Shown here piece after piece: positions 1 through 11,132 of a DNA stretch of 64,000 nucleotides. Source of the DNA: Eledone cirrhosa (taxonomy: Eukaryota); contig OZ024740.1 of NCBI GenBank assembly GCA_964016885.1, positions 132,680,001-132,744,000 of the forward strand, written 5' to 3'. Every line of letters begins with the position of its first letter. Position 1 is the stretch's first letter. The notes beneath the pieces were generated by a model, which made no database searches, was not told the DNA's origin, and saw nothing but the letters and a program-made list of their open reading frames with translations. The translations under genes were made by a program, and so were the position numbers.

Positions 1-103
1 AACAAGCTTAAAGTTGCTTTCATCCTTACGGGGTCAATAAAATAAAGTACCAGTAATGCACTGGGTAATTGCTGGCCTTGTGCCTAAAGTAGAAACAATT
101 ATA
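1..103 (+). mobile_element. tRNA-derived SINE, 3' part (cut by window edge)
   Basis: Matches the reverse complement of the SINE copies at 5036-5164, 13846-14028 and 19174-19358 (TTTCATCCTTACGGGGTC..AAATAAAGTACCAGT..GGCCTTGTGCCTAAAGTAGAAACAATT). Confidence 0.8.
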
Positions 104-246
104 TAATAATATATGTAGAAATAAACACAGTAAAGTGTGTGTCTAAAATTATGAGGGTTGAAATACCACATTGGTTTAATAAATTTAACATGAGGCAAAC
201 GGAAAATATAGAATAGATATACATACCGTCTCAATAACTATTTCAA

Positions 247-331
247 CTCTCTGACAGATTAGAGATTTAATCTGTTTCGCACAGAAAATTGTGTTTCTAA
301 GAGAAAATCCGTAGGCATTCTTCAGCGAGAG
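247..331 (-). ncRNA. Type I hammerhead ribozyme candidate, probably from a PLE terminus
   Basis: Minus strand: CTCTCG-CTGAAGA-(long irregular stem II)-GAAA-CAGATTA/aatctc/TAATCTG-TC-AGAGAG. Perfect 7-bp stem III, GUC site, 5-bp stem I after a G.A mismatch. Confidence 0.6.
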
Positions 332-593
332 ATAAGATCAACAGCAACAAACACATACAACTAAAAGCCACACCCGTGAATATCCCACCTCGTGCGATGG
401 ACGTTAGAAGTGATTTGAGTGGATATGCTAAAGACAATAGGCTTAATACACCCAACTTATAAGCTCACCCAGTTAGGGAGCCGAAATACAAATAAAATAC
501 AGAATTACTAACTCATATTGTAATTAACAAGCTCAAATTATAAATAACCCTCGTATTTCTAGACACGCAATTTACTGTTTATTTCTCTCTATA

Positions 594-624
<31 letters not shown>

Positions 625-627
625 CTT

Positions 628-695
<68 letters not shown>

Positions 696-752
696 GGAGA
701 CGCAGCATACGTATAGAACGGACATGGCTTCGCGCAAATATATATATATATA

Positions 753-830
753 TTTCGTTTCTGAATTTGTTTAGCAAGATTCTTTATCTGGCAACGTGTG
801 TTTATTGGCAACATAACCCTCCCAAAGTAT

Positions 831-836
<6 letters not shown>
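753..836 (+). mobile_element. Short terminal fragment of the Nematis-like PLE family between (AT)n tracts
   Basis: TATTGGCAACATAACCCTCCCAAAGTATAACAATAT closely matches the PLE end at ~32163-32198. Confidence 0.55.
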
Positions 837-872
<36 letters not shown>

Positions 873-892
873 ATATATATATATATATATAT

Positions 893-3800
893 ATATGAAT
901 AACGTTAGTCCTTCATCAGTGATCTTCCAACCATCATTGGTATTTCATCGCTTTAAAGACAATATAACTCCGGTTGGTGCGAGCAACGGCTAAAAAAAGT
1001 CGTTGGGACACGTGAATAAAGGGAACACGAGTGTAAACAAACATAAATGGTGAAGCAACGAAAAATGAGGAAGAAGGAGTCAAGTCCCAAATTTCTATGA
1101 ATTTAAATTCGGTGAAATAGTAAACGAGAGAGAATAAAGAGCATCAAACCTGGTTGGAATGTAAGCAAGGAAGGAATTCCGTACAGGTCTAACGGGGGGA
1201 AGAAGGAATCTAGTCTGTGATTACGGTGAACGTAAGTTCTGTGAAATCGTAGACGAGAGAGAGAAAAAAAGCGACCTGCCAGACCAAGGTTGCGAAAGAA
1301 AAGAATTACGCACGGGTCAAACGGCAAGAAGGAGGAGGAGGAGAGGTAGTAAGAGAGAATGAGTGAGTGAAGGGTGAGGAAGCGGCTAACAGAGAGAGTG
1401 AATGCTAGAGAGGGTAAGGATACAGAGAAAGAGGAAGCAGTAAGAACAAAATAGAAGTGTAACAGCGGGGAAAAAAATATGTGTAAATATGAGAAAAACG
1501 TGCTGCGGGTTTAGTAATGGATTACATATTAAGAAAGTTAGTCCTTCATCAGTGATCTTCCAATCATCATTGGTATTTCATCGCTTTAAAGAACATATAC
1601 CTCCGGTTGGTGCAAGCAACAGCTAAATAAAGTCGTTGGGACACGTAAATAAAGGGAACACGAGTGTAAACAAACAAAAATGGTGAAGCAACGAAAAGTG
1701 AAGAAGAAGGAGTCAAGTCCCAAATTTCTATGAATTTAAATTCGGTGAAATCGTGAACGAGAGAGAATAAAGACCATCAAACCTGGTTGGAATGTAAGCA
1801 AGGAAGGAATTCCGTACAGGTCTAACGGGAGGAAGAAGGGATCTAGTCTGTGATTTCGGTGAACGTAAGTTCTGTGAAATCATAGACGAGAGAGAGAAAA
1901 AAAGCGATCTGCCAGACCAAGGGTGCGACAGAAAAGTATTACGCACAGGTCAAACGGGAAGAAAAAGGAGGAGGAGCGGTAGTAACAGAGAATGAGTGAG
2001 TGAAGGGTGAGGAAGCGGCTAACAGAGAGAGTGACTGCTAGAGAGGATAAAGATACAGAGAAAGAGGAAGCAGTAAGAACGAAATAGACGTGTAACTGCG
2101 GGGAAAAGAATATGTGTAAATATGAGGAAAACATGGTGCGGGGTTGCTAATGGGTTACATATGAATAAAGTAAGTCCTTCATCAGTGATCTTCCAACCAT
2201 CATTGGTATTTCATCGCTTTAAAGACCATATACCTCCGGTTGGTGCGAGCACCGGCTAAAAAAAGTCGTAGGGACACGTAAATAAAGGGAACACGAGTAT
2301 AAACAAACAAAAAAGGTGAAGCAACGAAAAGTGAGGAAGAAGGAGTCAAGTCCCAAATTTCTATGAATTTAAATTCGGTGATATCGTGAACGAGAGAGAA
2401 AAAAGACCATCAAACCTAGTTGGAAAGTAAGCAAGGAAGGAATTCCGTACAGGTCTAACGAGAGGAAGAAGGGATCTAGTCTGTGATTTCGGTGAACATT
2501 AGTTCTGTGAAATCGTAGACGAGAGAGAGAAAAAAAGCGACCTGCCAGACGATGCTGCGAAAGAAAAGAAATACGCACAGGTCAAACGGGAAGAAAAAGG
2601 AGGAGGAGAGGTAGTAACAGAGAATGAGTGAGTGAAGGGTGAAGAAGCGGCTAACAGAGAGAGTGACTGCTAGAGAGGATAAAGATACAGAGAAAGAGGA
2701 AGCAGTAAGAACGAAATAGACGTGTAACAGCGGGGAAAAGAATATGTGTAAATATGAGAAAAACGTGCTGCGTGGTTGTTAATGGGTTACATATGAATAA
2801 AGTTAGTCCTTCATCAGTGATCTTCCAACCATCATTGGTATTTACTCGCTTTAAAGACCATATACCTCCGGTTGGTGCGAGCAACGGCTAAAAAAGTCGT
2901 TGGGACACGTGAATAAAGGGAACACGAGTGTAAACAAACATAAATGGTGAAGCAACGAAAAGTGAGGAAGAAGGAGTCAAGTCCCAAATTTCTATGAATT
3001 TAAATTCGGTGAAATCGTGAACGAGAGAGAGTAAATACCATCAAACCTGGTTGGAATGTAAGCAATGAAGAAATTCCGTACAGGTCTAACGGGAGGAAGA
3101 AGGGATCTAGTCTGTGATTTAGGTGAACGTAAGTTCTGTGAAATCGTAGACGAGAGAGAGAAAAAAAGCGACCTGCCAGACCAAGGGTGCGAAAGAAAAG
3201 ATTTACGCACGTGTCAAATGGGAAGAAGGAGGAGGAGGAGAGGTAGTAGCAGCGAATGAGTGAGTGAAGGGTGAGGAAGCGGCTAACAGAGAGAGTGACT
3301 GCTAGAGAGGATAAAGATACAGAGAAAGAGGAAGCAGTAAGAACGAAATAGACGCGTAACAGCGGGGAAAAGAATATGTGTAAATATGAGGAAAACATGC
3401 TGGGGGGTTCCTAATGGGTTACATATAAATAAAGTAAGTCCTTCATCAGTGATCTTCCAACCATCATTGGTATTTCATCGCTTTAAAGACCATATACCTC
3501 CGGTTGGTGCGAGCAACGACTAAAAAAAGTCGTTGGGACACGTAAATAAAGGGAACACGAGTATAAACAAACAAAAATGGTGAAGCAACGAAAAGTGAGG
3601 AAGAAGGAGTCAAGTCCCAAATTTCTATGAATTTAAATTCGGTGAAATCGTGAACGAGAGAGAAAAAAGACCATCAAACCTAGTTGGAAAGTAAGCAACG
3701 AAGGAATTCCGTACAGGTCTAACGAGAGGAAGAAGGGATCTAGTCTGTGATTTCGGTGAACATTAGTTCTGTGAAATCGTAGACGAGAGAGAGAAAAAAA

Positions 3801-4700
3801 GCGACCTGCCAGACGAGGCTGCGAAAGAAAAGAAATACGCACAGGTCAAACGGGAAGAAAAAGGAGGAGGAGAGGTAGTAACAGAGAATGAGTGAGTGAA
3901 GGGTGAGGAAGAGGCTAACAGAGAGAGTGACTGCTAGAGAGGATAAAGATACAGATAAAGAGGAAGCAGTAAGAACGAAATAGACGTGTAACAGCGGGGA
4001 AAAGAATATGTGCAAATATGAGAAAAACGTGCTGCGTGGTTGTTAATGGGTTACATATGAATAAAGTAAGTCCTTCATCAGTGATCTTCCAACCATCATT
4101 GGTATTTACTCGCTTTAAAGACCATATACCTCCGGTTGGTGCGAGCAACGGCTGAAAAAGTCGTTGGGACACGTGAATAAAGGGAACACGAGTGTAAACA
4201 AACATAAATGGTGAAGCAACGAAAAGTGAGGAAGAAGGAGTCAAGTCCCAAATTTCTATGAATTTAAATTCGGTGAAATCGTGAACGAGAGAGAATAAAG
4301 ACCATCAAACCTGGTTGGAATGTGAGCAAGGAAGGAATTCCGTACAGGTCTAACGGGAGGAAGAAGGGATCTAGTGTGTGAATTCGGTGAACGTAAGTTC
4401 TGTGAAATCGTAGACGAGAGAGAGAAAAAAAGCGACATGCCAGACCAAGGGTGCGAAAGAAAATAATTACGCACATGTCAAACGGGAAGAAGTAGGAGGA
4501 GGAGAGGTAGTAACAGAGAATGAGTGAGTGAAGAGTGAGGAAGAGGCTAACAGAGAGAGGGAGTGCTAGAGAGGGTAAGGATACAGAGAAAGAGGAAGCA
4601 GTAAGAACAAAATAGAAGTGTAACAGCGGGGAAAAAAATAGGTGTAAATATGAGAAAAACGTGCTGCGGGGTTGCTAATGGGTTACATATGAATAAAGTT
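893..4700. repeat. Tandem satellite, ~632-bp unit x6, with 1264-bp dimeric higher-order structure
   Basis: AGTCCTTCATCAGTGATCTTCCAA recurs every ~632 bp. ORF-track twins are spaced 1264 bp apart (1728/2992/4256; 2369/3633). Flanked by (AT)n on both sides. Confidence 0.95.
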
Positions 4701-4714
4701 AATATATATATATA

Positions 4715-4998
4715 CTGAGTTTTAGAATTTGTTTTGAAAGATTTCTTATCTGAAAACGTGTATTGAAAGGGTCAACAAACAAAATGGAGGTGGTGTAGGA
4801 TAGGAAAAAGAAGAGACACAAAATAAAAACCCAGTTACTGAGATTACATAATGTGTGACGGAAGAGGTTTGATAATATATAAACAACCATCCGGTTTTCA
4901 AGACAACCAACCGGAAATATATAATAAATTGAAGTAAAACCAACAACGACGTGTGTTTCATTTAGCAGCATAACACTACCCAAGTATATCAATATAAC
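4715..4998 (+). mobile_element. Degenerate 3' terminus of a Nematis-like PLE with a decayed hammerhead
   Basis: CCAGTTACTGAGATTACATAATGTGTGACGGAAGAGG..ATATATAAACAACCATCCGGTT aligns by eye with 32007-32080 and has a similar terminal motif (CCCAAGTATATCAATAT). Confidence 0.6.
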
Positions 4999-5035
4999 AC
5001 AAACACACACACACATGTATATTATAATAATAATA

Positions 5036-5164
5036 ATAATAATTGTTTCTACTTTAGGCACAAGGCCAGCAATTACCCAGTGCATTACTGGTACTTTATT
5101 TTATCGACCCCGTAAGGATGAAAGGCAAAGTCAACCTCGGCGGGATTTGAACTCAGATCGTAAA
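5036..5164 (-). mobile_element. tRNA-derived SINE (5'-truncated)
   Basis: B-box GAGTTCAAATCCC on the minus strand, shared SINE body and (ATT)n tail. Confidence 0.85.
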
Positions 5165-5435
5165 TAATAATAATAATAATAATGCTTTCTTTATTAACCA
5201 GAAGGGTTTATACAAAGTAGACATTAAGGACAGTACAGGACAATACAGAGCGGTACAAAAAGGCATTTCTGCGTGTAAAAAAACAAAAAAACAGGGGATG
5301 TAGTAATAGAACAATGAAAAATTTCCCCAATAGGCGGGAGACTTCCGAGGGACATTCGTAGAGAAAGCCCATTAAAAAGCCACAGCGGCCCTGACCACCA
5401 GGGCAAGTGCCCTCTCCCAGTTTTCCACCTTTAAT

Positions 5436-8400
5436 TTACAGACACATACTCAGAGTAGGCCCATTCACTCGGGCCATACTTGCTTCTCTCACCCATCTTT
5501 CAACAAAATGCTGGGAAGAGAGCACTTCCCTCTCTACCCTGATTTTCCTTTCAAATGAAATTTGAAAAAGTTAATCTTGGCATCACCGAAGAGGTAAGTG
5601 CTCGTCTTCAGCCCTTTCAAACGTGTCCACCATACTATCTCTTTCGCCATGGCCACCAGACAGATAAAACCTGTTTGCCCTTCCCGGCTAAAGGAAGAGG
5701 GTGGGGCAATCCTCACGATGGACTCACCTGATAGCTGGATCCGTCCTACACGCGACAGCAGGTGTTCGACATAAACCCACAAGTCAGCAATGCTCGGACA
5801 CTGGACGAGTGCGTCAGGATTGTTTCGTCGCCCTGCGCGCATCTCGGACATGCCCGGCTGACGGCACCTCCATGCCTGTAGAGTTTATCCCGAACTGGCA
5901 AAGCTCCACATTATCACTGACAGGCCAGGGATTTCTGGAAGTTATCCATAGGCCCTGGCCCGAAAGTTCTTCCGAAGAGATTGGCTAGTTGATTTTCGTC
6001 GACGCCTAGAGTTTCCCCAAGTACGTCGTCGCTCTTCCCCTCCACTAATCCTGTATAGAACGCCAAGGTGGAGTTTCCACCGGTCACATTGCCCGATTGG
6101 TCGAGGGCTGTGAGCGCCTGAAGACATTCCCGTCTCCAAGCGCTCCCTTTCGGTCTTCGCTTGACCCAGGACTGCAGCTCCGTCAAGGAGACGAGCTGGG
6201 GAAAGACGTGTCTCGCAAACGGAGACCACACCTGATCACCGTCGAGGAAGAGGTGGAGATGACGTAGCCTGAGCGCGTGTCTGCGCATCATCAGCCACGG
6301 CATTCCCAGCCCTCTATGTAGCGGCTGTTGACAGCAGATGGACCGCCTGACCATCGGAGCGCGTCCCTTCCACAAAATGCGAAAGAGCAAACGCTCCAGC
6401 GCAGTCAGGCGGGGCTTAGGACAAGGTACGACGGTCAGACGGTAGTAGATGACGGACGCGATATACGCGTTAGCCACCTCTGCTCGACCTTTCAGGGATA
6501 GCTTCCTCTCGGCCCATTTCTGGGTGAGAGAAGCCACCCAGCTTGTCACCTCGTCCCAGATTCTGTCCGTCTGGAGATCCGGACCGAACCAGACCCCGAG
6601 CAATTTAACCGGTCCTTCCATCCCCCCCCCTGACGATGCTGTTGGACGGCATGGTCCTGCCTCTACAGGTGCCGAGCTGCAGGCCCTCCAACATTTCCTG
6701 TTGATCATTGCTCCTGTCACCGCTTCGTATTCTCTTAGTGTAGTGCCGATCGCCTCAATGTGTTTGGCTTTCGACACCACTACGGTGACATCGTCCGCAT
6801 ATGCTGACACGGATCTTACGCATCCTAGTTCGCGCGGGACCCCCCTCAACGTCTCCAGTTTGTGAAGTAATGACTCGAGAGTCATTACGTACAGGAGAGA
6901 GGAGAGGGGACATCCTTGGCTACTGAGCGCATGATGTTGAACGGTTCCGAAAGGTGACCGTTCACTCTCACAACAGAGCAGATGTCTCTGTGCATGGCAG
7001 CGGTCCAGCTTCTGAAGACGGGCCCAAAGCCAGCTGCACTCAGGACTGCCGCCAGATAAAGATGGTTGACCCTATCGAAGGCTTTCGACTGATCTAAATT
7101 GATCAAGGACCCACTCGTGCCGGGTTCCATCGCTACCATCTCCACGATGTATCGCATGAGGTGGATGTTGTCGTGGATGGATCTCTTTGGAATGGCGCAT
7201 ATCTGCGCCTCTCTCACCAGACCACCAACGACAAGCTCCAACCTTTTTGCTAGCACCTTGGCCAAAATCTTGAACTCTGTGTTTAGCAGAGTAATGGGCC
7301 TGAAATGATCTATGTTAACCCCCTTGTTCGGATCTATTCTCAGCAGCGCCACCGCTGCTCGGCTCGCAGAGCTGGGAATTGTCCCGTTATGTTGCGAGTT
7401 GCAGTAGACGTCTGCTAAGAGGCCTCTGAACAAGTCTGGTATATGTACGTAAAGTTCATAGGGCAGACCATCCAAACCAAGCGATTTACCCCTTGTGCAG
7501 CTAGTCATTGCCTCCCGTATTTCAGCTGCTGCTATCGGCTTTCGGAACACTCCGCTTCAGTGGCCGAGAGCCGCGGCAGTCCATCGAGGTAAGCACTAAA
7601 GTCCATCCCTCGATCAGGCCCACCGCTGCCCCCGAACAGCTGAGCGAAGTGTCGCTGAAAAGCTTCACACATTTGCCCGTGATCGAGTACCACGCGTCCG
7701 TAGTGGTCCACCAAAGACCGGATCGTGGCTTTGTTGCCACGACGCGCCTCCGCCACTCGGGCCCATTGAACGGCTTTCGTCCCCTCCTGTCTGAGAGCAC
7801 GCACCCTAGCCCTGACAACGCAGCCTTCGTGCTTTGCATTGAAGAATTGGTCAAGGACCAATTTCGCCGCAAGTACGTCGGTCGCGATGACTTTGCTATG
7901 CGCCTGGTCTAATTTTCTAACTAGTTCTCCCTCTGATTTATTTTTACTCTATTGCGAATGCCTTACTAAACCTAATGGACTATATTCTAATCGCTCTTTT
8001 CAGAGCAAACCACCATTTGTTGTTGACGATGGCCCCCGTCAACGCCCGCTAAACTATTTCGCTAATCCGGTCTCTGTAGTCCTTGTGCGCTGTTAATGAC
8101 ACGCTTAGCTTCCAGTAGCCGGGTCCTTGTCTATGAAGCCTATCTAAGTCAACCACACAGATCACGAATTTATGGTCCGTGTAGCTGACTATCTTGAATT
8201 GTGGACAGCCTATGCCAGACCTATCTATTTCCCTTAAAAATACTCTATCTAGATATGCTCTGGATGACCCTATGCGATTTGTCCAAGTCCACATTGGCAC
8301 ATTCGGGAAATCCAATCGGTACCTGTCAGACAGTTCAAAATGCCTGAGCAGGTTGGTGAGGCTGTTGCACCCTCCTCCTCTATCCGCTAATTCCATACAG

Positions 8401-8842
8401 TCCCAGCGTGCCTCTAATATCCCGTTCCAGTCGCCTACTAACACTAAAGAGCGGGACGTTCCAAGAAAGGTCTCCAGACGCCGGAAGAAATCAGGTCACC
8501 CTTCTCCTCTCGGGTCATAGACCCTGAAAACTTGCCCGTATCCGCTGGTCACGTCCAGCACCACCAACTTACCTTCTGGGTTCAGGAAGATGGCCCGTAT
8601 GGCGAGATCCAACCTCTCCGAAAAAGCACAGCAACTCCTCCCCCCGATGCAGGACGGCTAGGAGATGCGTACACATCGTAGCCGCCGAAGATCGGTGCGA
8701 AGTCCCGTGCTTTAGATATTCTGGTTTCGCTGATGGCCACCACATCTATGTTTAGTGACCCCAGGTCGTTGAGCAGGTGGCCCATCTTCCAAGACGACCC
8801 CAAGCCACGCGCATTTAAGCTGCCTATTCTGAGTGAGATCAT
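5436..8842 (-). pseudogene. Tx1/L1 ORF2 (APE endonuclease + RT + zinc-binding tail), frameshifted
   Basis: SLNARG..AISETR, LVGDWN, YLDR, TDHK (APE); GLDGLPYELY, FRPITLLNTEFKIL, LDQSKAFDRV, SAYADDV, KLLGVWFG (RT); split over many ORFs. Confidence 0.92.
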
Positions 8843-8879
8843 GTTGAAAAGAAGTGGAAACAGATGAGAAAGACCACTT

Positions 8880-10773
8880 ACCTCACTTTCGTAGTGGGAG
8901 GATGGTTTTTCCATCCTTCTAACTGCCTGTGACCTCCTTTCGGAAGGATGTCCTTATAAATCCTCCTGGAGAGTGTTTGTCGGAATTCTCCGGTGTGCTT
9001 TGGGGAATTTTTTGTTTTAGTGTCGTGTACGTTTTCTGTGTGATGCGTGTGATTTGTATGTGTGGAGGTGGTTTGAATTTTTGGTGTTGTGTTGTCTTTT
9101 TCTGTGATGCTGGGATTGTGTTGTATGTAGAGTAATAATTGGTTGTTGATCAAAATTAATGCTGTGTAGTGTGTATCGTTTTGGTTGTTTTGTTTTATTT
9201 GCGTTTGTTGTGGGTTTGTTTCTGTTTCGCTTTTTGGTGACTTTTGTGGTGTTGATGATGATGGTGTTGGGGTTAATGATGGTAATGGTGTTGGTGTTTG
9301 TGGTGATGGGGTTGGTCATGCTGGTGTTGATGGTGGCATAGCTGTCCTAACCTTTTTGTTTGTTATTTTATTTGTTTCCTCCTGTATTTTGTTTTTGGTG
9401 AGGGAAGGAAGGGGATTTTTACCTTGTTCGGGTTCTTTTTCTTTTTTTTCGTTTTTCCTGATACAGTTTCCCACTCCTCGCCGTAACAATCTGACGCCAG
9501 TTGCGATAGGTCGGGGAGTAGAAAATCCTCCACACGCGTTGGTTTTGGTTGTGGCGTGGTGGATGGTGGAGGCGCTGGTGCTAGTTCTGGCGCGGTTGTT
9601 GGTTGTGGTGTTGGTTTTGCTAGTGTTGCTTGGGTTGTTGCTGCTACAGTTGCTTCTGTTGTTGCAGCTACAGGCGTTGCTGCCATTTCTGCTGGTGGTG
9701 GTGTTGATGGTTGAGTCACTGGGGTGGATAAGACAGGTGGCCTCAACTTTTTAGCCGGAGGGCAGAAAGCCTTTAGGTGGGTTCCTTCACCACATACGAC
9801 AAACCTAGGCCTCGTACCCTCAACGATTACGGTCAGGTGGCTGCCGTCAGTGAGGTCTATCACCTCTGGAATTTTTTCAATGTCTTTTGTGTCCGCTTGG
9901 ATCAGGAGCTCCATCCCAGATCCGGACTAGTTCTGCTTTTGTTTTGTTACTTCGATTATTTTGGTGTTGGCCTCGATGCCGACGAGGACGCCAGCCATTA
10001 GCCAGGGAATTTCGATGGCCGGTGGAATGCGTGTCACCCAAATCTTCACGAGTCTCTGGCCACAATAGCTTATCCCAAAGCATTTCGTATTTGAGGCTCG
10101 GATGCCCGTTCCACTCGGCGTGATTTTGTGTTTATCATCCGATATGACACGGTGCATAGGCACCGATGCTCCATTTTATTTACTCGGAGGGGTGGAGGGG
10201 GGGCGGGGGGTAGGCTGACCCTGTACCCATCTTTTTTTACCATTCGGTTGGCTTCAGTTAATTCAAATTGGCCTACCTCGATTGTTTCGCTTTTCTTGGC
10301 TGATTTGGGAAAAGACACATTTTGTTTTGCGCTGGTGTTGATGTATTCGTTGTTATTGTCATTGTTGTTGTTGTTGATGTTGTTGTTATTGTTATTTTAG
10401 TTTCGGTGGTGGTGGTGGGGAAGAGTCGATACTGGGTGAATCCATTTCGATGTCTCGAGATAATAATTTATTTTTGGGGGTTTCTGTTGTCGCTGTGGTG
10501 GTGGTGGTGGTGTTGTTGTTGGTGGTCTTGGTATCAGTGGTGTTCGTTGTTCTTTTTGACATTGTGGTGATGGGGGTGGCGGCTTTAACACCTGCAGTGA
10601 TTGGTAATGGCGGGAAATCCATGACTTTATGCGGCAAATCTAAGTAATTCAGATTGCTATTCATTAGATTATCAGTGTTGGCAACCGTAGCAAGGCTTAC
10701 AATGGTATTGGTGTTGGTGGTGGTGGGGGAGGGGGAGTGTTGGTCTGTTAAAAACAGTAAATTTGTCGTCCAT
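8880..10773 (-). pseudogene. Tx1/L1 ORF1 remnant
   Basis: Thr/Pro-rich segments plus LTVIVEGTRPRFVVCGEGTHLKAFCP (decayed CCHC knuckle), directly upstream of ORF2. Confidence 0.7.
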
Positions 10774-11081
10774 GTTTTTTTTTTCAAAGTAATATTTTGT
10801 TTGATATATAAAAAGTTTAAGTTTTGGGCTCAAGGCCCGAATATTTTTTGTGTCCTTTTCAGAAAGCACGTATAGGAGAAATACAAAAGATAGTTCTAAT
10901 GGGAACTGCCCATATACTAAGGAAGATTCTGTCAATATCAGTACATCACATGTCTAAACACCTATATGTGAACTTATAAACACTAAACAACAAACATTTT
11001 CCATAACTGGCAATTTGAAACAACTGAAAACAACAAACCTTTGCCGCGCTCTCGATAATATGATTTCCTACGTAGGTCGCC

Positions 11082-11117
<36 letters not shown>

Positions 11118-11132
11118 AATACTAATAATAAT

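Larger units (their letters stand above)
5184..11081 (-). mobile_element. Full-length but disrupted L1-superfamily (Tx1-clade) LINE in (TTA)n
   Basis: 5' UTR, low-complexity ORF1 pieces and ORF2 pieces with APE, RT and C-terminal Cys motif. (AAT)n on both flanks. Ends shared with the copy at 11133-13314. Confidence 0.9.

Noticed and set aside
912-950. Canonical hammerhead, C/D snoRNA or SECIS in the 632-bp unit (minus-strand GAAA...CTGATGA)
   Set aside because: Stems I-III cannot be formed around the motifs, and box or SECIS spacing does not fit. Kept only as an unassigned structured core.
1103-4476. Repeated short ORFs in the 632-bp array
   Set aside because: Low-complexity translations of GA-rich repeat with inconsistent starts and frames.
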